NCBI GenBank assembly: GCA_963771075.1 | Contig: CAVYSE010000011.1 | Location: forward strand, 32,001-96,000 | DNA length: 64,000 bases | Direction of reading: 5' to 3' | DNA from: a candidate division FCPU426 bacterium | GTDB taxonomy: Bacteria > Oederibacteriota > Muellerivitia > Muellerivitales > Muellerivitaceae | Shown: in pieces, positions 8,952 through 20,450 of the stretch | How positions within the stretch are numbered: the first letter of the stretch is position 1 | How the letters are laid out: every line of letters begins with the position of its first letter | Notes under the pieces: model-generated | Told to the model about the DNA's origin: nothing | The model's database searches: none | What the model saw: only the letters and a program-made list of their open reading frames with translations | Program-made: the position numbers and the translations under genes

Positions 8952-9905
8952 ATGTCATTCAAGGATTTCAAAAGCCTGACGATTCAAAGGCTGAAAAATC
9001 GATTCAACAAAACAGGGTTTTCACAGCCCCGTGCGTTTTTGACCCCGTTTTCCCCCAAGGATTCCTCCTCCGAAAAGGGCTCCGCCCTGCTCATGGCCAT
9101 TTTCTTCATGACGATAGCCGTGATTTTGATGACCGTTGGGGCCAACCTTATTTCCACCGTTTCCAAACAAATCCAAAGGCAAAACACCTATGTGGCCGTG
9201 GCTGAAAACGTGGCAAGGGCGGGCATTAGTGACGCGCAGGAATGGTTTGTTAGGCAGAGTCGGCTTGTAAGGATCTTTGCAAACCCCAACAACGTACAAC
9301 CAGGAGCGGTTCCCACCTACGCCGTGAGTCCCGTGAATATTGGAGTCACCTATACCTACGCGGACCAGGCTTTTGAGCCAAGGTTCAGCACAACGACCTA
9401 CGACACGACCAATCAAAACATCGGCATCGTTAAAGACTATCCCCTCGATAACCCCGATCCCTTGAAGGCCCTCTATTTCGGGCATTATGAGGTGCGGAAA
9501 GAAAATAACCCGGCCACGGCGGGCTTTACCCCCAATCCCCTGGCGGTCCATGACATTTCGGGGGATCGCAACTCGGGCGAGGTGAACGGGGACGGGATTT
9601 ACTGGTATCTCACCAGCGTGGGAACGGTTTATAAACGTTACGATAAAACCATGGCGGTCACCAACGGAATAAACGTCTGGAACGTGGCCTATAACGTCTC
9701 ACCTAATTCGGTGGTGGCTACCTCCACGATGAGCCAGGAAATACGCAAACTTTCCTTGAACATGCCGGTCACCGCCAATTGCACCCAGTGGGGGGCGGTT
9801 TACTGCCAAAACCCCACCCAGGTGAATTTGGTCAATGATAATTCCAGGATCGCCGGCGGCGCCGCCGCGACTATCGGCGCGTTCGTTTACGACAACGCGC
9901 CATGA
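8952..9905 (+). CDS. PilX/GspK-like minor pilin, N-terminal part
   Basis: Class III signal KG|SALLMAIFFMTIAVILMTVG lacking Glu5, followed by A.NVARAGI.DA, as in PilX N-termini. Confidence 0.7.
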   Translation: MSFKDFKSLTIQRLKNRFNKTGFSQPRAFLTPFSPKDSSSEKGSALLMAIFFMTIAVILMTVGANLISTVSKQIQRQNTYVAVAENVARAGISDAQEWFVRQSRLVRIFANPNNVQPGAVPTYAVSPVNIGVTYTYADQAFEPRFSTTTYDTTNQNIGIVKDYPLDNPDPLKALYFGHYEVRKENNPATAGFTPNPLAVHDISGDRNSGEVNGDGIYWYLTSVGTVYKRYDKTMAVTNGINVWNVAYNVSPNSVVATSTMSQEIRKLSLNMPVTANCTQWGAVYCQNPTQVNLVNDNSRIAGGAAATIGAFVYDNAP

Positions 9906-11625
9906 ACACGGAGAACCCAGCGATGAATAGGCGTTTCAACAACTCAAACCCGTTTCTTTCGAAGAGGAAACATGCCCTGGGTTTGAAGTTTTCGGGTTGG
10001 GGTTTGTTTGTTCTTGCTTTCGTACTTCCTTTAACAAATGTGTGGGCTTTTAGTTATAGTAATGTTTCAGCAACGGACAGTAATGGATGTGTTAATCAAA
10101 ACGACACTGTTACAGTAAAATTTACCATATCTACTGGCGCAACTTCATTGTATTACGCCATCGGGTTTTCAAATACAAGCGAGACGGGTTTTTGCGCCGC
10201 AAGTGAATCTTCAGTAACTCCACCAAATGATATTGTTTGGGTTCTTGGCACATGCACAAGCAATGGTGGAACACTCTCTAATCCTTCTGGTACTAACGTG
10301 TCGGCATCCGTAAACGTCACCGCCCCTGCGGGGCCCTTTACAAATGTCATCATTGTCGCAAGCGATTGGAATAACAACCCTTGTACTACCAATCCAGGAA
10401 ATGGAGGTAACTTAAGGTGTGGCATGTGCTCTACTTCGATATCTTACTGTAATACACCAACTGCAACTTTTACTCCAACTTCTGCTAAAACTTCCACCCC
10501 GACCATCACGCCTACCAAATCCGTCACTCCAACCCCAACCATCACGCCCACCCCATCCTTTACTCCCTCGGCGACAACCGACCCGAGCTTTACCATCACC
10601 AATACCCCAACCCCGACCATTACCTTGACCCCAACCATTACCCCGAGCAAAACTCCAACGCCTGTTTATACCAACACCATAACCTTATCTCCGACCGTGA
10701 GTTTATCCCCAACCATTACCAAGACATGGACCGCCACTTCCGTTTTAACCCCGACCTACACCGTAACCCCGACCTTTACGGTTTCTTCAACCTACACCTA
10801 TACCTTTACGCCATCTTTTACTCCGACCCCCACGACTACCCCATCCCAAACTATTACCAACACGCCGGTTCCCGCCATACCGACCGCCACCTACAGCTTC
10901 ACCATCACCCTTACCCCCACCATTACGCTCACTTTCACCAATACCTTTACCCCTATTCCTACCGGTACCCCCATCACCACCTATACGCCCTGTCCGAGCA
11001 CATGTAATTGCTCTACGTTAAAGGCCAACGGACAGGACACCACGAATGTATATGGTCCGAATTATTGCATTTCAAACGCGGTTTCCCTTTTGCTGGATAC
11101 GAACGTTTTCGGCATGCCGTTGGAACAGGTCCAGTCCATTTCCGATTCAGTGGGCAACAACAGCGGAAGCCTTCTTCAAGTGGCTTCCTCCCGTCGACTA
11201 CCAACCAACCCGACTTGTATTATTTTTCGGGCAACTTGACCTATGACCCGAACGCCGCGCCGCCCTACAATCAACTTTACGGCACAGGGCTGCTGATCGT
11301 GGATGGGGAACTCAACATTACATCGGGAGTCAACTCGGCAACTTCCCAACCCACCACCAACATCTTCATGGGCGTTATTTATTGCACGGGGAACATCGTG
11401 ATCAACGCGGTCGGCGCGCCGGTCATCATTGACGGGGCGGTTATTTTAGGCCGAACCGCCACCAGCGGAACCGGCCAGGGGACCCTCCATGTCAACGGCA
11501 ACACCGATTACATGGTCCAAATCGGCGCCAACCCCAACATGGTTCAAACTGTGATGAATACCGTTTGTCAGTACCGATTGAACAGCACGGCCAAGAAAAG
11601 TTTCTTGAACGTCCCCAACTGGTAA
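9902..11625 (+). CDS. Secreted protein: signal peptide, Cys-rich domain, Thr/Pro repeat, then PilX-like C-terminal domain (frameshift about 11170-11200)
   Basis: ORF 9902-11239 joined to ORF 11008-11625 (LYYFSGNLTY, GTGLLIVDGELNI, FMGVIYCTGNIVI, IIDGAVI); signal-like segment GWGLFVLAFVLPLTNVWA. Confidence 0.6.
10454..10990 (+). repeat. Coding low-complexity Thr/Pro repeat (T-x-T-x-T-P, roughly hexapeptide period)
   Basis: TPTATFTPT...TITPTPSFTP...TITLTPTITLTFTNTFTP over about 180 codons. Confidence 0.9.
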
Positions 11626-11639
11626 AGAAAGGAGTTCCC

Positions 11640-14600
11640 ATGCGTCATCCCATCGGCCAAAAGGGGTTCTCCCTCCTCGAACTCATGATCGCCGTCTCGA
11701 TTCTGACCTTCATGACCACGGCCATCATCGTTTCCCGGGGCCTCATGTCCAAACAATCCGTGAGAAGCTCGGATAAGATCTTCGCGAACCAGAAGGCCAT
11801 CCAGATGTTCGAGGAACTGCTCGCCTCCCAAAACCGCACCAAAAATTTCACATACCTCGACCAGATGTCCGACGCGTCGAACTATTACAACCCCCTCCTG
11901 ACCACGGACGCGACCGTTTCCATGGAATACGCGGGTTCGGGCACCACGATCACGCAGAACCCGAACGCCCCCTCGGACCCCTTGAGCGGCAACTTCAAAA
12001 CCGACGGCAATTGGAGATACCTTCGCCAAATCACGGTCCAGCGCAACTCGACCGACTCCACCATGCGCCAGGTCAACATTGAGATTTGGCGGTACCAGTC
12101 GGACACCAACCCCACCCTCCCGGGCGAACAGTTGGCCCAGGTTTCAGGCGTCTTGCACACAAGCAACTCCAACACTGCCCCGACCCAAGTGCTGGATATG
12201 TACGTGCTGGCCATCCAAAACATTCCCGGCTGGTGGGGTGAATTGCCCACACTGACCTACGGGGCCAAGCTACTTCCGAACGTCTTCCAGGCCACCAACC
12301 CGGGCCTCACCATCCGGACGCATTACATTACCCGCACCTCCTACGGACGGGACAGTTATTACAAGCCCTTCACCAATAGTAGTTACTATTCTAACGACAC
12401 GCACTCGTCCAATTTCCCTTGGTGTTACTATTATCCCGGTACGACCTATGGGACGACGATTACGGGCGGCGCTTGCGTGACAGTGAACCCCCAGCACTAC
12501 TATGACCCCTTTAACAACTATGGGCTCCAAATCACCGGCAACGTGAACGTGGATGGGGCCATTTCCAACGTTAGCTCCAGCCAGTTCTCCGGCTGTCCCT
12601 CCTATTCTTGCGCGGACTATTTCAACAACGCCCTGCGCTATCCCGACGAGCTCAACCTTTACAATCAGGTCGTGACCCAGGCCCTAGCCGCCGCCGCCGC
12701 GGGTCTGCCCGTCAACGCCGGGGCCACGGAAATCAGCGAGCGCATGCTCCTCGAGGGCATGCTCAGCCAGCCTCAATCCTACGAGAATGCCTTGATCCTC
12801 AACCTACACGGGGAAATGATGCCTCTCCCGTCCATGCGCAATTACTCGGACGCGGCCAAGGACCCTTCCAATATCAGCGGCTTCGGGGGCGCCAATATCC
12901 GCGCGGTGACCCATCCGGAATTCCTTTTTTACCCCTTCTCAGGGGCCAACGCCCAGGGTCCGGCGACCTTCAGGGTTTATTCCTACTATGACGGGTTGGA
13001 CATACCGGGTAATTTGGATACTGTTTATCCCCCCGCCCACATCACGTCTAATGTAGCGCCCGTCATTAGCGTCCTACTTGACACGCCCATGAACACCAAC
13101 CTCACCAATACCATCGTAGTCAAGGGGTACTCCGGCAACGTCAACACGGGTTATACCCTCATGACCCTCTGGGACGGCACGACGTCCTATTCCAGCCCAG
13201 AAAAAATGTCCGCCCAGGTCATCAGCCCTTATGGCCCCTCCAACAATCAAACTCTGGTTTTGCTTTACAACTCCCCCCTTGCGCTGTCCCCGGCATCCGG
13301 CAGTTTCCCGCCGGCGGCCGGGGCCAATACCGGGATTGCCTACTGCCTACAGGCTTTACAACAGCGAATACATCCCTTGCAGCCCCGATTTAACGGCTAT
13401 GCAAAGCCCCTATACCTTCACCAATCAAGGACTGGCTTACTTCCCGACCGTGGGCCCCAAGAACACGGCCCGATGGTTGATCGAGTGCGCAGGCTTGCCC
13501 ATTGGCCAGCACAAGTCGAAACCTTTCTCGGCCCATTGGCCGCCATGTAACTACACCAACCCTTCCGGGACAACTCATAGTGTCCACTCAGGGCTCACGG
13601 GAACCGCCAGTGCCAGTTTCCCAACCTTTCCAGCACCTACGTGTGGGCGGCTAATGGCCAGGGTGCTGGCATGGTCCCGCCCTGGACCGAGCGTTACCAG
13701 TTCATGGGAGACCCCCGCGATTGTCCTTACCTGGACGTGAAGGTGGGCGGGCCCAAGGTGGCCGGCGCGCCCCTCACCATCGGCACTACGACGGCCGGAG
13801 GCTCGGACGGACCGGGTTACAATTGGTGGTTCAAGAACCTAAATGGAACCACCGACGGGTTCACGGGTTTTGGGGCGGCAGGAAACGTGGCGGGTTGGTC
13901 CACGGACCAAATAGAGACCGATTTACCCCGTTATTACTCAGCCGTTCGAAAAGGCATAATGAATACAACCTCGGTCTTTTCGATGATCTGTGGATGGAGC
14001 TTTTTCTATTGCGGTTATGGGGGCGAAATCGGGGGCAACCAGCCACCCTTCTACGGGCATATTCCCTGTAACCTCACCCCATGGCAGAGTACGACCACGA
14101 CCTCTTTTTCCGGCATTGACGAGATCCTCAGTTCGACCCAGGAAGGTTGGAATACGGTCACCAATGAGCAACAAAACGCCAATGAGCCTTTGTGCTATAC
14201 CCAGGGAACCGCCTCAACCGCCTGGTATGCGCGGGCCTGGCAGGGAGAGATTTGCCCCGACAGCATGTGGAACTGCTGGACGGCCTATGGAAATCTCCCC
14301 ACTTGCGGCAATACCACCGCCTATGCCAACAAATTTTACCGGGAGGATTTCACCAATATCCATCCACCCACGAACAGCCTCGACGGATTTGGAAGGTCCT
14401 TTTGCAAGTCCCCGAAGGACGCTGGCATCAACGCCTTCTGTGACGGCACAAGCACCGGCGCGACCGGCGGTTTTGTCGTCAACATCGACCAAGAGAATGC
14501 CCCGAACACCATTTGCTCCTTGGGCGCGACCTGTTTCTCCATTTTCGGGTTTCCCATGCCCGCCACCGTTCCAACCAGCTCCGCCAATTGGCGCGACTGG

Positions 14601-15461
14601 GATATTGCGACCAATACCAACACCAACGGCGCGGTGGGGGGCGAATATAGCCTCGCGCCTTATAACGCATTCACGACCCTTACCATTCCCACGAATAATT
14701 CCATTCAAAGGGAATTTTACCTTCCCGGAAACGCCTATGCCTCGAACGGTGAAGGCTCGGCGGTTTTGCAGATTTCCGCCAACAATCAAACTGGTTATTT
14801 GATCCAATCCGGTTTCGACTATACAGCCCAATCGGACCCCGACGTGGTGATCCAGATCGCCATGACCGAAATGATGCGCACCTATTTGGATGGCGGCCGC
14901 CTGCACGCGGCCGGAACGGCGGGACATATCACCCAGATACCCCTCATCGAACTCTACCCCGACCAACCCACGGGCCAATACAACAACCCCACCACCATCA
15001 ACCTTTGCATCGCCAGCCCGGTAACTACCGGCACTCCCATGACCATCTCTGGGTTTACCACCATCGGCGCGGGCCCGGTCACCAACCTTTGGTACCGATG
15101 GCCGGGACTGACCTCCAACATCGCCAATTACTACACCGAGGAATACCCCAATTACGGCCAGGCCCTGACGGCATCCACCTACTCCGAATCGGTGACCATG
15201 GACTATTATTTGAAATATTCCACGGACCTGGTCAATTGGAAGTACGCCCAGGATAACAGCCCCGCCGTCCTGGGCATCCCCGACCCGAGCGGCGCACATA
15301 TCGTCGCCAGCTCCACCAGTTCCCCCATCACCTACTCCTGGAACGTTTCCAACACCACCCAATTTCCCCTGGATAATTATTACGTGGAAGCGGAGGCTTA
15401 TCGGGAGCAGTTCCCGCTCCATTACGCTTGTCACCAGATTGTCTTAAGTATCCTTCGTTGA
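11640..15461 (+). CDS. Giant prepilin (PilV/GspI-like N-terminus) with a large extracellular region; frameshifts near 13340 and 13520-13640
   Basis: SD AAAGGAG and ATG 11640; KG|FSLLELMIAVSIL methylation motif then ANQKAIQMFEEL; ORFs 11565-13550, 13231-13740 and 13641-15461 share composition and overlap. Confidence 0.75.
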
Positions 15462-15472
15462 GGGCTCCCATC

Positions 15473-16597
15473 ATGCGATCCAGGTTGTTCCGCCGGGAAC
15501 AGGGTTACACCATGATCGAATTGATGATGGTGATCGGCATCTTGGGGGTGATCACGCCCGCGCTCCTGCTTTTTTTCCAGAATTACACCCAGAGCATGGC
15601 CGCGGATGAAATGCGGTCCCAACTGCAGTCCCTCAACCAAAACACTTTTTTGAGGCTTCACGAGCGGCTGGGCATGTGCCGGCACATGTTCCAGGGCAGC
15701 GCGGCCGGAGGCATTTCCATGATATCGAACCTGCAATTTTCCGCCACGGCCCCCGCCACGGTGACCGGCAGCGCCATGGCGGTCCTGCAGTCCAATTCCT
15801 TACAAAGTTTCGCGAACGCCGTCATCAACTCGAATTTGATCGGGAACGAACTTTTATTCGCGACCTATGATTCGCCCCAAAACATCGGGAATCAGCGCTA
15901 CAACGCTCCCTTGACCACCACGGGCGGGGCGGGAGGCGTTATCGTCACCGATTCCGCCGGCGTCACGGTTCCGATGGTGGTCGATGTTTACCGCTTCTGG
16001 TTCTATTACCTGGCGGCCAACCCAACTAACAGAGGGCCGAAAGACTTCAAGACCTACCGGCTGGTGGAGTGGGAAAGCACCCAAATGGCCGATGCCGCCG
16101 AGATCAACAATATGCCCGATACGGTACTCGCGGGAAACGTCATTAAATGGCTTGTCGCGGGAGGAGACGCAAACACCAATACAACCTATTCGATACGGCT
16201 TGCCTGGGATCCGCATCAAAACAGCGACGCCAACGCTTTTTATTCACTGAACACAAACGGAACCCTCACCGCCTTGGTGGCCACCCAGCCCGTCACGGAG
16301 GCCACCTGGCAATACATCACCCGGGTGAACCAGGGCATTCTTTCCGGGGGCTTCCGGTATGGCATCATGGGCAATACCTGGTCGGGCGCGACTCCGCCGG
16401 CGTTGGGCACGAAAAACGTGGTGCCGATCCTGGCAACCCCCAACGGTCTATTTCCCGGGGGGTTCGAGGTGGGATTGTCCGGAAATGACCAGGGCCGGGA
16501 AGTGCTGTTTCGAAGCATGTTGGTGGCCGAGGGGGCGACGAAATTACCTGTTTATAACGACGAAACCAGCGTGGTGAACTTTTTCGACGTTTGGTGA
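15473..16597 (+). CDS. PilW/GspJ-like prepilin
   Basis: QG|YTMIELMMVIGILGVI class III signal with Glu5. Confidence 0.8.
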   Translation: MRSRLFRREQGYTMIELMMVIGILGVITPALLLFFQNYTQSMAADEMRSQLQSLNQNTFLRLHERLGMCRHMFQGSAAGGISMISNLQFSATAPATVTGSAMAVLQSNSLQSFANAVINSNLIGNELLFATYDSPQNIGNQRYNAPLTTTGGAGGVIVTDSAGVTVPMVVDVYRFWFYYLAANPTNRGPKDFKTYRLVEWESTQMADAAEINNMPDTVLAGNVIKWLVAGGDANTNTTYSIRLAWDPHQNSDANAFYSLNTNGTLTALVATQPVTEATWQYITRVNQGILSGGFRYGIMGNTWSGATPPALGTKNVVPILATPNGLFPGGFEVGLSGNDQGREVLFRSMLVAEGATKLPVYNDETSVVNFFDVW

Positions 16598-16614
16598 GTT
16601 TAATCACGGCATTG

Positions 16615-16632
16615 AACCGCGAAGACGCGAAG
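16615..16632 (+). repeat. Single arm of the CGCGAAG repeat family
   Basis: AACCGCGAAGACGCGAAG, the reverse complement of the arm at 22010-22027. Confidence 0.55.
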
Positions 16633-16744
16633 CATCAAAAAAATCAAACACAATTTCCTTTTTAGGTTTTTGCCCCCCGTTGATTTTTCAGTAACTTCCC
16701 TCCATCCTTCCCCGTAGTTGGAGATAGCTCCGGGGAGGCCCGCC

Positions 16745-17092
16745 GTGGACGAAAAAATTCCATCCAAAGAAGAGATTCTCAAGAAAAAATGCGTGCCCTG
16801 CGAGGGGGGAACCAAACCCCTCAACCTGGTCATGATCAAGGGCTACCTATCCCAGATTGCCGGTTGGGAATACGACGGTAAGGAAATATCCAAGACGTTC
16901 CCGTTCCAGAATTTCCACGAGACCATGGCCTTCGTGAACGCGGTGGCTTTCCTTTCCCACCGGGAAGACCATCATCCGGACCTGGAAGTGAGCTACAAGG
17001 CCTGCAAGGTGAAATACCACACCCACGCCATCAACGGCATGAGCGACAACGATTTCATTTGCGCGGCGAAAGTGGATCAACTGCTTCAATGA
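16745..17092 (+). CDS. Pterin-4-alpha-carbinolamine dehydratase
   Basis: KKCVPCEGG, F.F.NF...MAFVNAVA, EDHHPDL, THAINGMSDNDFICAAKVD; GTG 16745 after GGGGAGG. Confidence 0.93.
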   Translation: MDEKIPSKEEILKKKCVPCEGGTKPLNLVMIKGYLSQIAGWEYDGKEISKTFPFQNFHETMAFVNAVAFLSHREDHHPDLEVSYKACKVKYHTHAINGMSDNDFICAAKVDQLLQ

Positions 17093-17106
17093 CAGCCATT
17101 AAATGA

Positions 17107-17176
17107 CAGCTATTAGCCATTGGCGGTTGGCCGTTAGTTTTTAGCTAAAAGCCAACAGCTAAAGGCCAAAAGCTCA
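17107..17176. repeat. Heptamer tandem array arranged as an inverted pair
   Basis: CAGCTAT TAGCCAT TGGCGGT TGGCCGT TAGTTTT TAGCTAA AAGCCAA CAGCTAA AGGCCAA AAGCTCA. Confidence 0.75.
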
Positions 17177-17197
17177 AATGACCAAGGGGAGATTCCA

Positions 17198-19073
17198 TTG
17201 CCTACCATCGGACCGATTTCCAAAGAGCTGACCCTGGGGGAATTCCTTGAGCGTTACCCCTGGCCCGGAGAGTGGCTGAAAAAGGGAAAACCCATGCATT
17301 ACTTCTGGAAGTTCGACCTGCCGCGTGCCCGTCGAAAAACTCTGGCCTTTTGTGGCCGACCTGTCCTCCTTCAACAAGCGGGTGGGCATGGGCGAGATGA
17401 AGTTCACCGAAAAAAACGGCCGGATGCACGGGACCTCCGTCAACGGGGGCACCCTGCAGGATTGGGAGGAGGTGCCCTGGGAATGGGAATATGGCCGACA
17501 GTTCAGCCATGCCCGTGTTTACAGCCGAGGGCTCTCCCATTACATGAGGGCCCGATACCTTTTCGAGGAGACCGAACCAGGCAAATGCCGGCTTTACGCC
17601 TACCTGGGTTTCATCCCCCGGGGACCGATCGGAGCCGCTCAAGCTTCAGCATCGGACTGCCGGAAATGAAAAAGGGCTACGCCAAGGCGCTGGGGGAAAT
17701 CACCGAAGCGATCCAAAAACAGGAAGCCTTGAACCCCCCGGTTCCACCCGCGCCCCTGCCCCCGGCGGTGATGGACGAAGCTGAGCCGATTTGAAACGGC
17801 AACTGGTGGAAAGCGGGACCCGGCCGGAGATCGCGGAGAAACTGGCGCGTTTCGTGGCCGCCGAACCCGACGAGACCCTCTATCGCGTCCGGGTGAAGCC
17901 CCTGGCGCGGGAGTGGAAGGTGGGCGAAAAGGAGCTTTTGCTGGCCTTCCTCAACGCCACCCGCCTGGGGCTTTTCAACCTGACCTGGGACGTGCTTTGC
18001 CCCCATTGCCGGGGGGTGCGGGACGAGATCCGGAGCCTGGGCCAACTGCCCCAAAGGGGAAGCTGCGCGGTGTGCATGGTCGATTTTGACGCCACCGCCT
18101 TCAACACACTGGAGGTGACCTTCCACGTGCACCCCTCCATCCGCCAGGTCCAAAAAAGGCTCTATTGCGCCGCCGAACCGGCCACCAAGCCCCATATCAA
18201 GATGCAGAAAACCGTACTCCCGGGGAGCCAGTTGTCCCTGCCCACCCTACTGGGCCTGGGGCGCTACCGACTGCGCATCGGCGGGAGGGAACTTTACAAC
18301 CTTTTGGATATCAACGAGGAGGCGGGTGACACCTACGTGAAATGGCAGGACAGCCTGGCGGAACAAAACCTGGAAAGCGCCCATTTTCCCACCGTGGTGC
18401 TGGAAAACACCTCGGCCGAGCCCCGGATGTTCATTTTGGAGGAAAACCACGTGGACCGGGACGCCCTGAGGCCGGTGGATCTCTTCAGTTTCCAGGGGTT
18501 CCGCGACCTGTTTCTCAAAGGAAGCCCTGGCGTCCGATATCAAGCTGGAGGTGGGGGTGCAAACCATCCTCTTCACGGACCTGGTGGGCTCCACGAAATT
18601 CTACGAGACCGAGGGGGACACGGTGGCCTTCACGCGAGGTGCGGGCGCATTTCCTCAAGGCCTACGACGTGGTGAAAAAACACGGGGGCGCGGTGGTGAA
18701 GACCATCGGGGACGCGGTGATGGCGGCCTTTTCCGATCCCGTGGACGCCTTGAAGGCGGCGGTGGAAATGCAGGAATACTTCAACGGCAAGAACCCCGAG
18801 ACCCGGTTGCGACTGCGCGTGACCCTGAACCGGGGAAGCTGCCTGGCGGTGAACCTGAACAGCGCCATCGATTATTTCGGGAACACCGTGAATCTGGGGG
18901 CCAAGATCCAATCCATCGCCGAGGCGGGGCAGATCGGGTTCACGGAGGATTTTTACCAAGCCCCGAAGCGTGAGGGATTATTTAAAAGAAAAGCACCTGG
19001 AGCCGGAAAACTGGAATTCACCCAGAAATGGTCGGGCAAGACCATCCCGGTTTATCGGGTGGAAGTGGCTTAG
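17198..19073 (+). CDS. Class III adenylate/guanylate cyclase with SRPBCC-like N-terminus and DUF5939-like Cys domain; several frameshifts
   Basis: Fragments give EEVPWEWEY, WDVLCPHCRG...CAVC, TILFTDLVGSTKFY, GGAVVKTIGDAVMAAF and DYFGNTVNLGAKIQ. Confidence 0.85.
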
Positions 19074-19735
19074 ATGCTATTTTTTCTTTCTTGTCGGACT
19101 CCTGCTTTTTTGGAACCCAAAAGGGCCTTACCGACCTCGTAGAAGGTCGGGAGGAGGGACACGAAGACGATGCCGAGGATCACCACCTCGAAATGCTGGT
19201 TGACCCAGGGCAGGTTGCCGAATAGGTAGCCCGAACCGATGCAAAGGAGGGTCCAGGACAGCACCCCGATCAGGTTAAACCGGGCGAATTTGCCGTAGGT
19301 CATGCGGCCCACTCCCGCCACAAAGGGCGCGAAGGTGCGGAAGATGGGGGCGAACTGGAAGAGGATGAGGGTTTGCACCCCGTGTTTCTCGTAGATCTCG
19401 TGGGTCTTATCCAGGTATTTCTTGTTTACGAACCTTCCGAAGACGTTGGGCCCGAAGAACCGGCCGATCCAATAGTTGCTGTGGTCGCCCATCAGGGCCG
19501 CGGCGGTCAGCAGCACCCAGGCGAAGCCGACGTTAAGCTGGGCCGTGGCGCTCAGGGCGCCCACGGTAAAGAGAAGGGAGTCGCCCGGCAGGATGGGGGT
19601 GACCACCAGCCCGGTCTCGCAAAAGATGACCCCGAACAGGACCGCGTAAATATAGGTGCCGTAAGCCTGCACCAATTCCGGCAGGTACTTGTTCAAATGC
19701 AGAATGTGGTCCACGAAGGTGTGCAGGGAATCCAT
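19070..19735 (-). CDS. dedA: DedA family membrane protein
   Basis: IFCETGLVVTPILPGDSLLFTVG, PIFRTFAPFVAGVGRM. Confidence 0.92.
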   Translation of the reverse strand: MDSLHTFVDHILHLNKYLPELVQAYGTYIYAVLFGVIFCETGLVVTPILPGDSLLFTVGALSATAQLNVGFAWVLLTAAALMGDHSNYWIGRFFGPNVFGRFVNKKYLDKTHEIYEKHGVQTLILFQFAPIFRTFAPFVAGVGRMTYGKFARFNLIGVLSWTLLCIGSGYLFGNLPWVNQHFEVVILGIVFVSLLPTFYEVGKALLGSKKAGVRQERKNSI

Positions 19736-19863
19736 GGTTCTCCTCAGGCTTCAAAGATTGAAAACGTCCAAAGCATAACATTCACATGAAAGGCGGGATA
19801 GGGTTTTTGATGAATCCCTTATGGTTTAAGAACCCTTAACAAAACCTCAAAGAAAAGAAGATT

Positions 19864-20029
19864 TTCACCGCCAAGTCCGCCATGCCGACCTTCAATAAAA
19901 AGCTTAAAGAGGTCGGTATAGTACCGATTTCCATATTCATTTTTTTGGTGAATCGGCACAAGAAAGACAAAATCAAACATGATTTTAAAGGTTCAATTAC
20001 CTTAGTTGTCTTGGCGTCCTTGGCGGTTA
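19864..20029. repeat. Intergenic inverted-repeat element, CCGCCAAG variant
   Basis: Left TTCACCGCCAAGTCCGCCATG, right CTTGGCGTCCTTGGCGGTTA. Confidence 0.65.
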
Positions 20030-20094
20030 TAAAAAGTTTGCCTCTTTCCTGAAATTGCAGATAGAGTCTGTTTTAAATCTTGCTTTATTTGGTT

Positions 20095-20378
20095 GTCATT
20101 GCGACGAGTGGCCGCCGATATCCCGCATTTCCTTTTGAAAATTTTAAAAGATGATGCGGGATCATCCCATTTTCCTTATTTACCCTTAAAGAAAAATGGG
20201 GCTAGGCGGACGTTCACGAGAGGCTTGTGGTAGTTGGCCTAAATTCGGCCAACCATCCATGGGCTTTAGCCCATGGACAATCCCAGTTTAAAAAAGCCTT
20301 TAAAAAGGCCAAGACGAACATCGAACTGAGATCGCGACGTCGGCAACCGCCCCGATTGGGGCGCCTCCTCTCGATGAC
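20095..20378. repeat. GTCAT...ATGAC-bounded element with internal hairpins
   Basis: Left GTCATTGCGACGAG, right CTCCTCTCGATGAC; internal ATCCCGCAT...ATGCGGGAT and CGCCCC-GATT-GGGGCG stems. Confidence 0.45.
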
Positions 20379-20450
20379 AGACCACAAAAAGTACTTCAAA
20401 AACCCTTTATCTGCAAATTCGGGAAAGACCCAAAAGGTTTGTAGGAGTTT

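Noticed and set aside
11640..15461. Diversity-generating retroelement target in the giant pilin
   Set aside because: No reverse transcriptase and no template/variable repeat pair seen in the window
17107..17176. CRISPR array interpretation of the short repeats here and elsewhere
   Set aside because: Units are 7-9 nt in tandem with no unique spacers, and no cas genes are present
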